A stretch of DNA of 64,000 nucleotides from Escherichia coli (GCF_030384885.1 NZ_CP128613.1); one strand, 5' to 3'. Counted from the stretch's first letter, positions 46,922-58,430 are shown. The notes: generated from the letters alone by a model not told the origin. Made by a program: numbers and translations.

Positions 46922-47087
46922 GTCGGTAATGCTGACTGTACCGGAGGCGGCCTTAGCGCCCTCTCCGGCCTAAAGTTCGACGCATCCAGGCATGAAACCG
47001 CGACTTTTTTCAGATAAAAAGCGCAATCATTCATAAACCCTCTGTTTTATAATCCATTAATGGCGCATAAAAAACGGCTATATTCTT

Positions 47088-47103
47088 GTGTAAACGATTC
47101 CAC
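47088..47103. promoter_or_regulatory. gal operator OE (GalR/GalS site)
   Basis: gtgtaaacgattccac; followed by CRP-site-like ...tgtcacac... and the P1/P2 -10 region (tatgctatggttat). Confidence 0.85.
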
Positions 47104-47181
47104 TAATTTATTCCATGTCACACTTTTCGCATCTTTGTTATGCTATGGTTATTTCATACCATAAGCCTAATGGAGCGAATT

Positions 47182-48198
47182 ATGAGAGTTCTGGTTACCG
47201 GTGGTAGCGGTTACATTGGAAGTCATACCTGTGTGCAATTACTGCAAAACGGTCATGATGTCATCATTCTTGATAACCTCTGTAACAGTAAGCGCAGCGT
47301 ACTGCCTGTTATCGAGCGTTTAGGCGGCAAACATCCAACGTTTGTTGAAGGCGATATCCGTAACGAAGCGTTGATGACCGAGATCCTGCACGATCACGCT
47401 ATCGACACCGTGATCCACTTCGCCGGGCTGAAAGCCGTTGGCGAATCGGTACAAAAACCGCTGGAATATTACGACAACAATGTCAACGGTACTCTGCGCC
47501 TGATTAGCGCCATGCGCGCCGCTAACGTCAAAAACTTTATCTTTAGCTCCTCCGCCACCGTTTATGGCGATCAGCCCAAAATTCCATATGTTGAAAGCTT
47601 CCCGACCGGCACACCGCAAAGCCCTTACGGCAAAAGCAAGCTGATGGTGGAACAGATCCTCACCGATCTGCAAAAAGCCCAGCCGGACTGGAGCATTGCC
47701 CTGCTGCGCTACTTCAACCCAGTTGGCGCGCATCCGTCGGGCGATATGGGCGAAGATCCGCAAGGCATTCCGAATAACCTGATGCCATACATCGCCCAGG
47801 TTGCTGTAGGCCGTCGCGACTCGCTGGCGATTTTTGGTAACGATTATCCGACCGAAGACGGTACTGGCGTGCGCGATTACATCCACGTAATGGATCTGGC
47901 GGACGGTCACGTCGTGGCGATGGAAAAACTGGCGAACAAGCCAGGCGTACACATCTACAACCTCGGCGCTGGCGTAGGCAGCAGCGTGCTGGACGTGGTG
48001 AATGCCTTCAGTAAAGCCTGCGGCAAACCGGTTAACTATCATTTTGCACCGCGTCGCGAGGGCGATCTTCCGGCCTACTGGGCGGACGCCAGCAAAGCCG
48101 ACCGTGAACTGAACTGGCGCGTAACGCGCACACTCGATGAAATGGCGCAGGACACCTGGCACTGGCAGTCACGCCATCCACAGGGATATCCCGATTAA
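47182..48198 (+). CDS. galE: UDP-glucose 4-epimerase GalE (338 aa)
   Basis: Start MRVLVTGGSGYIGSH (Rossmann GxxGxxG); the track ORF is 5'-extended. Confidence 0.97.
   Translation: MRVLVTGGSGYIGSHTCVQLLQNGHDVIILDNLCNSKRSVLPVIERLGGKHPTFVEGDIRNEALMTEILHDHAIDTVIHFAGLKAVGESVQKPLEYYDNNVNGTLRLISAMRAANVKNFIFSSSATVYGDQPKIPYVESFPTGTPQSPYGKSKLMVEQILTDLQKAQPDWSIALLRYFNPVGAHPSGDMGEDPQGIPNNLMPYIAQVAVGRRDSLAIFGNDYPTEDGTGVRDYIHVMDLADGHVVAMEKLANKPGVHIYNLGAGVGSSVLDVVNAFSKACGKPVNYHFAPRREGDLPAYWADASKADRELNWRVTRTLDEMAQDTWHWQSRHPQGYPD
47201..47216. promoter_or_regulatory. gal operator OI (internal to galE)
   Basis: gtggtagcggttacat within the first codons of galE. Confidence 0.85.
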
Positions 48199-48207
48199 GG
48201 AACGACC

Positions 48208-49254
48208 ATGACGCAATTTAACCCCGTTGATCATCCACATCGCCGCTATAACCCGCTCACCGGGCAATGGATTCTGGTGTCACCGCACCGCGCTAAGCGC
48301 CCCTGGCAGGGGGCGCAGGAAACGCCAGCCAAACAGGTGTTACCTGCGCACGATCCAGATTGCTTTCTCTGCGCAGGTAATGTGCGGGTGACAGGCGATA
48401 AAAACCCTGATTACACCGGGACTTACGTTTTCACTAATGACTTTGCGGCCTTGATGTCTGACACACCTGATGCGCCAGAAAGCAACGATCCGTTGATGCG
48501 TTGCCAGAGCGCGCGCGGTACCAGCCGGGTGATCTGTTTTTCACCGGATCACAGTAAAACGCTGCCAGAACTCAGCGTTGCGGCATTGACGGAAATCGTC
48601 AGAACCTGGCAGGAGCAAACCGCAGAGCTGGGCAAAACGTATCCGTGGGTGCAGGTATTTGAAAACAAAGGTGCGGCGATGGGCTGCTCTAACCCGCATC
48701 CGCACGGACAGATTTGGGCAAATAGCTTCCTGCCTAACGAAGCTGAGCGCGAAGATCGCCTGCAAAAAGAATATTTTGCCGAGCAAAAATCGCCAATGCT
48801 GGTGGATTATGTTCAGCGCGAGCTGGCAGACGGTAGCCGTACCGTTGTCGAAACCGAACACTGGTTAGCCGTTGTGCCTTACTGGGCTGCCTGGCCGTTC
48901 GAAACGCTACTGCTGCCCAAAGCCCACGTTTTGCGGATCACCGATTTGACCGACGCCCAGCGCAGCGATTTGGCGCTGGCGTTGAAAAAGCTGACCAGTC
49001 GTTATGACAACCTCTTCCAGTGCTCCTTCCCCTATTCTATGGGCTGGCACGGCGCGCCATTTAATGGCGAAGAGAATCAACACTGGCAGCTGCACGCGCA
49101 CTTTTATCCGCCTCTGTTGCGCTCCGCCACCGTACGTAAATTTATGGTTGGTTATGAAATGCTGGCAGAGACCCAGCGAGACCTGACCGCAGAACAGGCA
49201 GCAGAGCGTTTGCGCGCAGTCAGCGATATCCATTTTCGCGAATCCGGAGTGTAA
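48208..49254 (+). CDS. galT: galactose-1-phosphate uridylyltransferase GalT (348 aa)
   Basis: Sequence recognised (HPHGQ active-site motif). Confidence 0.97.
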   Translation: MTQFNPVDHPHRRYNPLTGQWILVSPHRAKRPWQGAQETPAKQVLPAHDPDCFLCAGNVRVTGDKNPDYTGTYVFTNDFAALMSDTPDAPESNDPLMRCQSARGTSRVICFSPDHSKTLPELSVAALTEIVRTWQEQTAELGKTYPWVQVFENKGAAMGCSNPHPHGQIWANSFLPNEAEREDRLQKEYFAEQKSPMLVDYVQRELADGSRTVVETEHWLAVVPYWAAWPFETLLLPKAHVLRITDLTDAQRSDLALALKKLTSRYDNLFQCSFPYSMGWHGAPFNGEENQHWQLHAHFYPPLLRSATVRKFMVGYEMLAETQRDLTAEQAAERLRAVSDIHFRESGV

Positions 49255-49257
49255 GAA

Positions 49258-50406
49258 ATGAGTCTGAAAGAAAAAACACAATCTCTGTTTGCCAATGCAT
49301 TTGGCTACCCTGCCACTCACACCATTCAGGCGCCTGGCCGTGTGAATTTGATTGGTGAACACACCGACTACAACGACGGTTTCGTTCTGCCCTGCGCGAT
49401 TGATTATCAAACCGTGATCAGTTGTGCACCACGCGATGACCGTAAAGTTCGCGTGATGGCAGCCGATTATGAAAATCAGCTTGACGAGTTTTCCCTTGAT
49501 GCGCCTATTGTCGCACATGAAAACTATCAATGGGCTAACTACGTCCGTGGCGTAGTGAAACATCTGCAACTGCGTAACAACAACTTTGGCGGTGTGGACA
49601 TGGTGATCAGCGGCAATGTGCCGCAGGGTGCAGGGTTAAGTTCTTCCGCTTCACTGGAAGTCGCGGTCGGAACCGTATTGCAGCAACTTTATCATCTGCC
49701 GCTGGACGGCGCACAAATCGCACTTAACGGCCAGGAAGCAGAAAACCAGTTTGTTGGCTGTAACTGTGGGATCATGGATCAGCTGATTTCCGCGCTCGGC
49801 AAAAAAGATCATGCCTTGCTGATCGATTGCCGCTCACTGGGCACCAAAGCGGTTTCCATGCCGAAAGGTGTGGCTGTCGTCATCATCAACAGTAACTTCA
49901 AACGTACCCTGGTTGGCAGCGAATACAACACCCGTCGTGAACAGTGCGAAACCGGCGCGCGTTTCTTCCAGCAGCCAGCCCTGCGCGATGTCACTATTGA
50001 GGAGTTCAACGCTGTTGCACATGAACTGGACCCGATCGTGGCGAAACGCGTGCGTCATATCCTGACTGAAAACGCCCGTACCGTTGAAGCTGCCAGCGCA
50101 CTGGAGCAAGGCGACCTGAAACGTATGGGCGAGTTGATGGCGGAGTCTCATGCTTCTATGCGCGATGATTTCGAAATCACCGTGCCGCAAATTGACACTC
50201 TGGTAGAAATCGTCAAAGCTGTGATTGGCGACAAAGGTGGCGTACGCATGACCGGCGGCGGATTTGGCGGCTGTATCGTCGCACTGATCCCGGAAGAGCT
50301 GGTGCCTGCCGTACAGCAGGCTGTCGCTGAACAATATGAAGCAAAAACAGGTATTAAAGAGACTTTTTACGTTTGTAAACCATCACAAGGAGCAGGACAG
50401 TGCTGA
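49258..50406 (+). CDS. galK: galactokinase GalK (382 aa)
   Basis: GHMP kinase motifs; sequence recognised. Confidence 0.97.
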   Translation: MSLKEKTQSLFANAFGYPATHTIQAPGRVNLIGEHTDYNDGFVLPCAIDYQTVISCAPRDDRKVRVMAADYENQLDEFSLDAPIVAHENYQWANYVRGVVKHLQLRNNNFGGVDMVISGNVPQGAGLSSSASLEVAVGTVLQQLYHLPLDGAQIALNGQEAENQFVGCNCGIMDQLISALGKKDHALLIDCRSLGTKAVSMPKGVAVVIINSNFKRTLVGSEYNTRREQCETGARFFQQPALRDVTIEEFNAVAHELDPIVAKRVRHILTENARTVEAASALEQGDLKRMGELMAESHASMRDDFEITVPQIDTLVEIVKAVIGDKGGVRMTGGGFGGCIVALIPEELVPAVQQAVAEQYEAKTGIKETFYVCKPSQGAGQC

Positions 50407-51440
50407 ACGAAACTCCCGCACTGGCACCCGATGGTCAGCCGTACCGACTGTTAACTTTGCGTAACAACGCAGGGATGGTAGTCACGCTGATGGACTGGGG
50501 TGCGACTTTACTTTCCGCCCGTATTCCGCTTTCCGATGGCAGCGTCCGCGAGGCGCTGCTCGGCTGCGCCAGCCCGGAATGCTATCAGGATCAGGCCGCG
50601 TTTCTGGGGGCCTCTATTGGTCGTTATGCAAACCGTATCGCCAATAGTCGTTATACCTTTGACGATGAAACCGTAACACTTTCGCCAAGTCAGGGCGTTA
50701 ACCAGCTGCACGGCGGCCCGGAAGGGTTCGACAAACGTCGCTGGCAGATTGTGAATCAGAACGATCGTCAGGTGCTATTTGCCCTGAGTTCAGAAGATGG
50801 CGATCAGGGCTTTCCGGGTAATCTCGGCGCGACAGTGCAGTATCGTCTGACCGACGATAACCGTATCTCCATTACTTATCGCGCCACGGTTGATAAACCT
50901 TGCCCGGTGAATATGACTAACCACGTCTATTTCAACCTCGACGGCGAGCAGTCTGACGTACGCAATCACAAGCTGCAGATTCTGGCAGACGAATATCTGC
51001 CGGTTGATGAAGGCGGCATTCCGCACGACGGCCTGAAATCTGTCGCCGGAACGTCTTTTGATTTCCGCAGCGCCAAAATCATCGCCAGTGAGTTTCTTGC
51101 CGACGATGATCAGCGCAAAGTGAAAGGTTACGATCATGCGTTCTTGTTACAGGCTAAAGGTGATGGCAAGAAAGTGGCGGCGCATGTCTGGTCAGCAGAT
51201 GAAAAATTGCAACTGAAGGTCTACACCACCGCTCCGGCTCTGCAATTTTACTCCGGCAACTTCCTTGGTGGCACGCCGTCACGGGGAACTGAACCTTACG
51301 CCGACTGGCAGGGCCTGGCGCTGGAAAGCGAGTTCCTGCCGGACAGCCCAAACCACCCTGAATGGCCGCAACCGGACTGCTTCCTGCGTCCTGGCGAAGA
51401 GTATTCCAGCCTGACAGAATATCAGTTTATAGCTGAATAA
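50400..51440 (+). CDS. galM: aldose 1-epimerase (galactose mutarotase) GalM (346 aa)
   Basis: Sequence recognised; overlaps the galK stop. Confidence 0.95.
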   Translation: MLNETPALAPDGQPYRLLTLRNNAGMVVTLMDWGATLLSARIPLSDGSVREALLGCASPECYQDQAAFLGASIGRYANRIANSRYTFDDETVTLSPSQGVNQLHGGPEGFDKRRWQIVNQNDRQVLFALSSEDGDQGFPGNLGATVQYRLTDDNRISITYRATVDKPCPVNMTNHVYFNLDGEQSDVRNHKLQILADEYLPVDEGGIPHDGLKSVAGTSFDFRSAKIIASEFLADDDQRKVKGYDHAFLLQAKGDGKKVAAHVWSADEKLQLKVYTTAPALQFYSGNFLGGTPSRGTEPYADWQGLALESEFLPDSPNHPEWPQPDCFLRPGEEYSSLTEYQFIAE

Positions 51441-51642
51441 CTTTAAGCCCTCGCGATGAGGGCTTTCTCCTTATATTGCTCAAATCACCAGCAAACACCG
51501 ACATATTTGCAACTCAATATTCACAACAACCTTACACTGCGACACTATTTTCGCTATGGTTATGCGTAAGCATTGCTGTTGCTTCGTCACGGCAATATAA
51601 TGAGAATTATTATCATTAAAAGATGATTTGAGGAGTAAGTAT

Positions 51643-52395
51643 ATGGCTGTAACTAAGCTGGTTCTGGTTCGTCATGGCGAAAGTCAGTGGAACAAAGAAA
51701 ACCGTTTCACCGGTTGGTACGACGTGGATCTGTCTGAGAAAGGCGTAAGCGAAGCAAAAGCAGCTGGTAAGCTGCTGAAAGAGGAAGGTTACAGCTTTGA
51801 CTTTGCTTACACCTCTGTGCTGAAACGCGCTATCCATACCCTGTGGAATGTGCTGGACGAACTGGATCAGGCATGGCTGCCCGTTGAGAAATCCTGGAAA
51901 CTGAACGAACGTCACTACGGTGCGTTGCAGGGTCTGAATAAAGCGGAAACCGCTGAAAAGTATGGCGACGAGCAGGTGAAACAGTGGCGTCGTGGTTTTG
52001 CAGTGACTCCGCCGGAACTGACTAAAGATGATGAGCGTTATCCGGGTCACGATCCACGTTACGCAAAGCTGAGCGAGAAAGAACTGCCACTGACGGAAAG
52101 CCTGGCGCTGACCATTGACCGCGTGATCCCTTACTGGAATGAAACCATTCTGCCGCGTATGAAGAGCGGTGAGCGCGTAATCATCGCCGCACACGGTAAC
52201 TCGTTACGTGCGCTGGTGAAATATCTCGATAACATGAGCGAAGAAGAGATTCTTGAGCTGAATATCCCGACCGGCGTGCCACTGGTGTATGAGTTCGACG
52301 AGAATTTCAAACCGCTGAAACGCTATTATCTGGGTAATGCTGACGAGATCGCGGCGAAAGCAGCGGCCGTTGCTAACCAGGGTAAAGCGAAGTAA
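51643..52395 (+). CDS. gpmA: 2,3-bisphosphoglycerate-dependent phosphoglycerate mutase GpmA (250 aa)
   Basis: [10 protein letters not shown] catalytic-His motif; start [13 protein letters not shown]. Confidence 0.97.
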
Positions 52396-52418
52396 ACGTC
52401 ATTCGCTTAAAAATGAGA

Positions 52419-52449
52419 AAGCCGACTGCAAGTGAGTCGGCTTTTTTGT
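52419..52449 (+). terminator. rho-independent terminator of gpmA
   Basis: aagccgactgc aagt gagtcggctt followed by TTTTTT. Confidence 0.8.
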
Positions 52450-52469
52450 TGCTAACAATGGAGCACATT

Positions 52470-52545
52470 GCCTGATGCGACGCTGCGCGTCTTATCAGGC
52501 CTACGGTGATTCATCGGATAACCACTGTGACGGCGCATCCGACAA
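52470..52545. repeat. REP/BIME element between gpmA and aroG
   Basis: gcctgatgcgacgctgcgcgtcttatcaggcctac ... gacggcgcatccgacaa, a REP-consensus palindrome pair. Confidence 0.8.
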
Positions 52546-52552
52546 TTAAACT

Positions 52553-53605
52553 TTACCCGCGACGCGCTTTTACTGCATTCGCCATTTGACGTAACAGAGC
52601 ATCGGTATCCTCCCAGCCAATGCAGGCATCGGTGATGCTCTTGCCATAGGCCAGCGGTTCCCCGCTCTCCAGGCTCTGATTGCCTTCCACCAGATGGCTT
52701 TCCACCATCACACCAATAATGGCTTTCTCGCCACCGGCAATCTGCTGGCAAACGTCAGCACAAACATCCATCTGCTTTTTGAACTGTTTGGACGAGTTGG
52801 CATGGCTGAAATCGATCATCACCTGCGCTGGCAGGCCTGCTTTGTTCAGCCCTTCTTTCACTTCTGCGACATGTTTCTCACTGTAATTAGGTTCTTTACC
52901 GCCGCGCAGAATGATATGGCAATCGCCGTTACCGCTGGTATTCACAATCGCCGAATGCCCCCATTTCGTTACGGACAGGAAGCAGTGCGGCGCACCGGCG
53001 GCATTAATAGCATCGATAGCCACTTTAATCGTACCGTCGGTGCCATTTTTGAAGCCGACCGGACAAGAAAGCCCTGATGCCAGTTCGCGGTGCACCTGCG
53101 ATTCCGTGGTACGTGCGCCAATTGCGCCCCAGCTCATCAGGTCAGCGAGATATTGTGGGGTGATCATATCCAGGAATTCACCCGCCGCTGGCAGACCGCT
53201 GTCGTTAATATCGAGCAGCAATTTGCGGGCAATACGCAGACCGTCGTTGATCTGGAAGCTGTTATCCATATGCGGATCGTTAATCAGCCCTTTCCAGCCC
53301 ACCGTGGTACGCGGCTTTTCAAAATAGACGCGCATCACGATTTCCAGCTCATCTTGCAGCTCTTCACGCAGCGCCAGCAAGCGAGTGGCATACTCTTTAG
53401 CCGCGACGGGATCATGAATAGAACACGGACCAATCACCACCAACAGGCGATCATCATTACCTTTCAGGATCTTATGGATCGCTTTTCGGGCATGGGCAAC
53501 CGTATTCGCGGCATTTTCAGTAGCAGGGAATTTTTCCAGCAATGCGACAGGAGGAAGTAACTCTTTGATTTCTTTGATTCGTAAATCGTCGTTCTGATAA
53601 TTCAT
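52553..53605 (-). CDS. aroG: Phe-sensitive DAHP synthase AroG (350 aa)
   Basis: Sequence recognised (MNYQNDDLRIKEIKELLPPVALLEKFPATE...). Confidence 0.97.
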   Translation of the reverse strand: MNYQNDDLRIKEIKELLPPVALLEKFPATENAANTVAHARKAIHKILKGNDDRLLVVIGPCSIHDPVAAKEYATRLLALREELQDELEIVMRVYFEKPRTTVGWKGLINDPHMDNSFQINDGLRIARKLLLDINDSGLPAAGEFLDMITPQYLADLMSWGAIGARTTESQVHRELASGLSCPVGFKNGTDGTIKVAIDAINAAGAPHCFLSVTKWGHSAIVNTSGNGDCHIILRGGKEPNYSEKHVAEVKEGLNKAGLPAQVMIDFSHANSSKQFKKQMDVCADVCQQIAGGEKAIIGVMVESHLVEGNQSLESGEPLAYGKSITDACIGWEDTDALLRQMANAVKARRG

Positions 53606-53675
53606 GTCTGTTCCAGTGTTGCCATACTTATCTTAGTGAATGCAATACTTCCAATCTATATCTTCCGTCAGAATG

Positions 53676-53693
53676 TGTAAACGGGGTTTTACA
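53676..53693. promoter_or_regulatory. TyrR box upstream of aroG
   Basis: tgtaaacggggttttaca, matching TGTAAA-N6-TTTACA. Confidence 0.8.
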
Positions 53694-53920
53694 CTATGAA
53701 CGGATTAATCCTGGAATTAGCAAGAAAAACGCCAGATTGTCGCGAAAAACGAGATCTCTCCTACAATTTCTAACTGTAACTCCTTTGTTTGTTAATTATT
53801 TCAAGATTCTCTGCTGGGTATCTTTGCCTGGCTGAAATCTTAAACCATTGCCTTATATTCACCTGCAAATGCACTGTTGGAAGAGGTTATCCGACATAAC
53901 GACCATAACAGGAGCATCCT

Positions 53921-54301
53921 ATGAAAATGACAAAACTGGCCACACTATTTTTGACTGCCACTCTAAGCCTTGCCAGCGGTGCCGCACTGGCTGCCGATAG
54001 CGGAGCGCAAAGCAATAACGGCCAGGCAAACGCCGCAGCTGATGCGGGCCAGGTAGCCCCTGATGCCCGTGAAAATGTCGCGCCAAATAACTTCGACAAT
54101 AACGGGGTAAATACCGGTTCTGGCGGCACAATGCTGCATCCGGATGGTTCTTCAATGAACAATGACGGCATGACCAAAGATGAAGAGCACAAGAACACCA
54201 TGTGCAAAGATGGTCGCTGCCCGGATATCAATAAAAAAGTCCAAACCGGTGATGGCATCAACAATGATGTCGATACCAAAACCGACGGTACCACGCAGTA
54301 A
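53921..54301 (+). CDS. ybgS: secreted protein YbgS (126 aa)
   Basis: Signal peptide; Gly/Asn/Asp-rich; length and position match ybgS. Confidence 0.85.
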   Translation: MKMTKLATLFLTATLSLASGAALAADSGAQSNNGQANAAADAGQVAPDARENVAPNNFDNNGVNTGSGGTMLHPDGSSMNNDGMTKDEEHKNTMCKDGRCPDINKKVQTGDGINNDVDTKTDGTTQ

Positions 54302-54414
54302 GCCTGCGAAATAGCCAATAATGGGAGAGCGGAGTCTCTCCCTTTTAATTTTTCCCTTCTAAAAGCAGTATGATGTCATAAAGTTAAGTGAGAATAATTA
54401 AGGGATGACTCGTC

Positions 54415-55356
54415 ATGGCGCACTCACACTCACACACTTCCTCACACCTGCCAGAAGATAATAATGCTCGTCGCTTGTTGTATGCTTTCGGCGTGACTGC
54501 CGGGTTTATGCTCGTAGAAGTCATTGGTGGTTTTCTTTCCGGTTCTCTGGCATTGCTGGCCGATGCGGGTCATATGTTGACCGATACTGCCGCCCTGCTT
54601 TTCGCCCTACTCGCAGTGCAATTCTCCCGTCGTCCTCCCACCATTCGCCACACTTTCGGTTGGCTAAGATTGACCACGCTCGCGGCGTTTGTGAATGCCA
54701 TCGCCCTGGTGGTGATTACTATTTTGATTGTCTGGGAGGCGATAGAACGCTTCCGCACGCCGCGTCCGGTCGAGGGCGTCATGATGATGGCAATTGCCGT
54801 AGCTGGGCTACTGGCAAATATACTTTCTTTCTGGTTACTTCATCACGGCAGCGAAGAGAAAAACCTCAACGTGCGCGCAGCGGCACTGCATGTCCTCGGG
54901 GACCTTCTGGGTTCGGTTGGAGCTATTATTGCCGCGTTGATTATTATCTGGACCGGCTGGACACCTGCTGACCCCATTCTCTCAATACTGGTGTCGCTTC
55001 TGGTTCTGCGTAGCGCGTGGCGACTGTTGAAAGATAGCGTGAATGAATTACTTGAAGGTGCACCGGTATCGCTGGATATCGCCGAACTGAAGCGTCGTAT
55101 GTGCCGGGAAATCCCGGAAGTCCGCAATGTGCACCATGTACATGTATGGATGGTAGGCGAGAAGCCGGTGATGACGCTGCATGTGCAGGTGATCCCGCCA
55201 CACGATCACGATGCCTTGTTAGATCAGATCCAACACTACCTGATGGATCACTATCAGATTGAGCACGCCACTATTCAGATGGAATATCAACCTTGTCATG
55301 GGCCAGACTGCCACCTGAATGAAGGGTTGTCTGGCCATTCACATCATCATCATTAA
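54415..55356 (+). CDS. zitB: zinc efflux transporter ZitB (CDF family, 313 aa)
   Basis: His-rich N and C termini; CDF TM core; sequence recognised. Confidence 0.95.
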   Translation: MAHSHSHTSSHLPEDNNARRLLYAFGVTAGFMLVEVIGGFLSGSLALLADAGHMLTDTAALLFALLAVQFSRRPPTIRHTFGWLRLTTLAAFVNAIALVVITILIVWEAIERFRTPRPVEGVMMMAIAVAGLLANILSFWLLHHGSEEKNLNVRAAALHVLGDLLGSVGAIIAALIIIWTGWTPADPILSILVSLLVLRSAWRLLKDSVNELLEGAPVSLDIAELKRRMCREIPEVRNVHHVHVWMVGEKPVMTLHVQVIPPHDHDALLDQIQHYLMDHYQIEHATIQMEYQPCHGPDCHLNEGLSGHSHHHH

Positions 55357-56072
55357 TGGGACAGCGCGCGTGAACCTCTTTCGCGTGCGCTGTTGATCCA
55401 CATCCGGCTGCCGTTGAGGGCAATAAAGGTCAGGATGATGTACTCCAGAGACATGGCGTAAACGCCCTGAAGTGCAAAAATAACGACGCTAATCACGTTA
55501 ATAATCACCCACAATAGCCAGTTTTCCACATACTTACGCGTCATCAGAATCATTGCCACGATAGATAACACCATCATGCATGAATCCCAGAACGGGAAAG
55601 CGTCCGGCTGTAGTTCAGGCATCGCAACCTGTAATCCTAATGCTTGCATGATCATGACTGCCACACGGGTCAAAAATGCAAACACCGGATTGATAAATAC
55701 CGTCATCAGACCAATCGAAACAACGCAAACCGCCAACCAGCTGAGCGCCTTCGGCAATGGCAACCAGCGAATTTTCAACTCCGCCTCGTTCTGACTGGTT
55801 TGTCGCGACCACGCATACCAACCGTAAATATTCGCGGCAAAGAAAAACACCTGTAATAGCAGGCTGGCATACAGCTGAATCTGAAAGAAAATAATGCCAA
55901 ACAAGGTGACGTTGATCAGGCCAAAGAAGTAGTTGCTGATCTTCTCCAGACTGGCAAGGCCAATACACAGCAACCCGGCGATCGTGCCTACCGCTTCGAT
56001 CCATGAGAGATCATAACCGCCTGCTCCTATTGGTATATGTACCAGGATATTCTGCACACTAAAAAAATCCAT
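55353..56072 (-). CDS. pnuC: nicotinamide riboside transporter PnuC (239 aa)
   Basis: Sequence and length; co-oriented downstream of nadA. Confidence 0.95.
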   Translation of the reverse strand: MDFFSVQNILVHIPIGAGGYDLSWIEAVGTIAGLLCIGLASLEKISNYFFGLINVTLFGIIFFQIQLYASLLLQVFFFAANIYGWYAWSRQTSQNEAELKIRWLPLPKALSWLAVCVVSIGLMTVFINPVFAFLTRVAVMIMQALGLQVAMPELQPDAFPFWDSCMMVLSIVAMILMTRKYVENWLLWVIINVISVVIFALQGVYAMSLEYIILTFIALNGSRMWINSARERGSRALSH

Positions 56073-56109
56073 CTTTCCCCCAAAGCGTAACGTGACGCCT
56101 TATTATTAG

Positions 56110-57153
56110 TTATCCACGTAGTGTAGCCGCAAAATCCAGCATACGATTGAGCGGCACCAGCGCCTTCTCTCGCAGCTTTTCCTCAACATGAACCTCGTGA
56201 TTGCTTCCTTCCTGTTCTAATGCCTCTGCGATGGCCTGAAGGCCATTCATGGCCATCCACGGACAATGCGCGCAGCTGCGGCAGGTTGCGCCCTCACCCG
56301 CGGTTGGTGCTTCCAGTAACTCTTTATCTGGCACCGCCTGCTGCATTTTGTAGAAAATACCCCGATCGGTTGCCACGATAAGTCGCTGATGTGGCAATGT
56401 TTTCGCAGCAGCGATCAGTTGACTGGTGGAACCGACCGCATCCGCCATATCTACAATAGCTTGCGGTGATTCTGGATGCACCAGTATGGCAGCATCCGGG
56501 TATTCTTCTTGCAAGCGGGTTAACGCCTGAGTCTTAAACTCATCATGCACAATGCAGGCACCCTGCCAGCATAAAATGTCTGCTCCCGTCTGTTTTTGCA
56601 CGTAACGCCCCAGATGTTTGTCGGGTGCCCAGATGATTTTTTCACCCAAACTATCCAGATGATCAATAAGTTCGACGGCAATGCTTGAAGTTACCACCCA
56701 ATCTGCGCGCGCTTTTACCGCAGCAGAAGTGTTGGCGTAGACGACGACAGTACGATCGGGATGGGCATCGCAAAATGCGTTAAATTCTTCAACAGGGCAG
56801 CCGAGATCCAGTGAACATTCAGCCTGAAGTGTCGGCATCAGAATTGTTTTTTCCGGACTGAGAATTTTGGCGGTTTCTCCCATAAATCTCACCCCAGCGA
56901 CTAACAACGTAGAAGCGGGATGCTTTGCACCGAAGCGCGCCATTTCCAGAGAATCAGAAATACAGCCACCGGTTTCTTCTGCCAGTTGTTGAATTTCGGG
57001 ATCGGTATAGTAGTGGGCAACCATCACCGCATTACGTTCTTTTAGCAGACGTTTTATCTTCTCGCGGTAATACGCTTTTTCATCAATGCTTAACAGCGTC
57101 GGCTTCGGGGGGAAAGGATAAATCGCCGCTTCAGGATCAAACATCACGCTCAT
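56110..57153 (-). CDS. nadA: quinolinate synthase NadA (347 aa)
   Basis: Sequence recognised ([18 protein letters not shown]...). Confidence 0.97.
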   Translation of the reverse strand: MSVMFDPEAAIYPFPPKPTLLSIDEKAYYREKIKRLLKERNAVMVAHYYTDPEIQQLAEETGGCISDSLEMARFGAKHPASTLLVAGVRFMGETAKILSPEKTILMPTLQAECSLDLGCPVEEFNAFCDAHPDRTVVVYANTSAAVKARADWVVTSSIAVELIDHLDSLGEKIIWAPDKHLGRYVQKQTGADILCWQGACIVHDEFKTQALTRLQEEYPDAAILVHPESPQAIVDMADAVGSTSQLIAAAKTLPHQRLIVATDRGIFYKMQQAVPDKELLEAPTAGEGATCRSCAHCPWMAMNGLQAIAEALEQEGSNHEVHVEEKLREKALVPLNRMLDFAATLRG

Positions 57154-57225
57154 CTTACCATCTCGTTTTACAGGCTTAACATTAAAACCGACTTAAGCGT
57201 GACATTCGCTATTATCGGCATGATT

Positions 57226-57243
57226 TGTTTTATATGCTAAACA
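57226..57243. promoter_or_regulatory. NadR operator (NAD box) upstream of nadA
   Basis: tgttttatatgctaaaca, a TGTTTA-N6-TAAACA palindrome. Confidence 0.75.
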
Positions 57244-57430
57244 AGATAGTCGAATGGTGGGGAAAAGTCACTCGAAATACGTATGAGATGACGAATGCCA
57301 CACTTTGCGTCTTATTCCTCCGACGTAGAGTCGTTTACGCAGCAAGCGCGGAGTATGTCATCAGGGTCAAGAATTGAAATTGAGAGATGCCTGAATAGCA
57401 AAAAAGCGCCTTTAGGGCGCTTTTTTACAT

Positions 57431-57506
57431 TGGTGGGTCGTGCAGGATTCGAACCTGCGACCAATTGATTAAAAGTCAACTGCTCTACCAACTGAGCTAA
57501 CGACCC
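57431..57506 (-). tRNA. lysQ: tRNA-Lys (anticodon UUU)
   Basis: Reverse complement equals GGGTCGTTAGCTCAGTTGGTAGAGCAGTTGACTTTTAATCAATTGGTCGCAGGTTCGAATCCTGCACGACCCACCA; gene name assigned by order in the lysT operon. Confidence 0.95.
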
Positions 57507-57539
57507 CTTGCGGGATTATGCTGCTTTAATCATTCAGGA

Positions 57540-57611
57540 TGGTGGGTCGTGCAGGATGACTCGACTTCGTCTCGCCCTTCGGGCCGTTGCTGACGCAACG
57601 TTATCCTTCAC
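57540..57611 (-). repeat. spacer repeat carrying the 3' 17 nt of tRNA-Lys plus a conserved roughly 55-nt hairpin-forming segment (copy 1)
   Basis: tggtgggtcgtgcagga + tgactcgacttcgtctcgcccttcgggccgttgctgacgcaacgttatccttcac; contains gcccttcgggc and cgttgctgacgcaacg hairpins. Confidence 0.85.
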
Positions 57612-57638
57612 ATTCTCTACCAGTAACCACCTTTAAAT

Positions 57639-57714
57639 TGGTGGGTCGTGCAGGATTCGAACCTGCGACCAATTGATTAAAAGTCAACTGCTCTACCAAC
57701 TGAGCTAACGACCC
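57639..57714 (-). tRNA. lysZ: tRNA-Lys (UUU)
   Basis: Exact 76-nt match to tRNA-Lys on the minus strand. Confidence 0.95.
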
Positions 57715-57762
57715 ATACGGGTGTTACCTGAATGATTTCTACTCGGGACCAATCTTTAATAT

Positions 57763-57832
57763 TGGTGGATCGTGCAGGATGACTCGCTTCGCTCGCCCTA
57801 CGGGCCGTTGCTGACGCAACGTTATCCTTCAC
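57763..57832 (-). repeat. tRNA-Lys 3'-end spacer repeat (copy 2, diverged)
   Basis: tggtggatcgtgcagga + tgactcgcttcgctcgccctacgggccgttgctgacgcaacgttatccttcacg. Confidence 0.85.
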
Positions 57833-57860
57833 GCTTAACATCTGAGTTTGATGTTAAAAC

Positions 57861-57936
57861 TGGTGGGTCGTGCAGGATTCGAACCTGCGACCAATTGATT
57901 AAAAGTCAACTGCTCTACCAACTGAGCTAACGACCC
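57861..57936 (-). tRNA. lysY: tRNA-Lys (UUU)
   Basis: Exact 76-nt match to tRNA-Lys. Confidence 0.95.
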
Positions 57937-57939
57937 GAG

Positions 57940-58015
57940 TGGTGGGTGATGACGGGATCGAACCGCCGACCCCCTCCTTGTAAGGGAGGTGCTCTCCCAG
58001 CTGAGCTAATCACCC
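57940..58015 (-). tRNA. valZ: tRNA-Val (UAC)
   Basis: Reverse complement equals GGGTGATTAGCTCAGCTGGGAGAGCACCTCCCTTACAAGGAGGGGGTCGGCGGTTCGATCCCGTCATCACCCACCA. Confidence 0.95.
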
Positions 58016-58065
58016 GATACTGCGCTGGATACTACAAACTACTTCCACCGAACCCACCGCATTAG

Positions 58066-58141
58066 TGGTGGGTCGTGCAGGATTCGAACCTGCGACCAAT
58101 TGATTAAAAGTCAACTGCTCTACCAACTGAGCTAACGACCC
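58066..58141 (-). tRNA. lysW: tRNA-Lys (UUU)
   Basis: Exact 76-nt match to tRNA-Lys. Confidence 0.95.
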
Positions 58142-58143
58142 GG

Positions 58144-58219
58144 TGGTGGGTGATGACGGGATCGAACCGCCGACCCCCTCCTTGTAAGGGAGGTGCTCTC
58201 CCAGCTGAGCTAATCACCC
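58144..58219 (-). tRNA. valT: tRNA-Val (UAC)
   Basis: Exact 76-nt match to tRNA-Val. Confidence 0.95.
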
Positions 58220-58254
58220 GATACTACGCTGGATACTACAACTAACTAGGTTAG

Positions 58255-58326
58255 TGGTGGGTCGTGCAGGATGACTCGACTTCGTCTCGCCCTTCGGGCC
58301 GTTGCTGACGCAACGTTATCCTTCAC
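58255..58326 (-). repeat. tRNA-Lys 3'-end spacer repeat (copy 3)
   Basis: tggtgggtcgtgcagga + tgactcgacttcgtctcgcccttcgggccgttgctgacgcaacgttatccttcacg; identical to copy 1 over the first 71 nt. Confidence 0.85.
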
Positions 58327-58354
58327 GTTTTACTACCGCTTCCACCTTAGCGAT

Positions 58355-58430
58355 TGGTGGGTCGTGCAGGATTCGAACCTGCGACCAATTGATTAAAAGT
58401 CAACTGCTCTACCAACTGAGCTAACGACCC
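58355..58430 (-). tRNA. lysT: tRNA-Lys (UUU)
   Basis: Exact 76-nt match to tRNA-Lys; promoter-proximal gene of the operon. Confidence 0.95.

Noticed and set aside
46925-46975. Palindromic sequence after modF (ccggaggcggccttagcgccctctccgg) as a possible regulatory site
   Set aside because: It resembles a REP-like or terminator hairpin at the 3' end of modF and lies far upstream of the gal promoter elements; there is no evidence for a distinct regulatory role.
57540-57556. tRNA pseudogenes (truncated tRNA-Lys copies) in the tRNA operon spacers
   Set aside because: Only the last 17 nt of the tRNA are present in each copy, joined to a conserved non-tRNA segment. They are better described as spacer repeats than as decayed genes.
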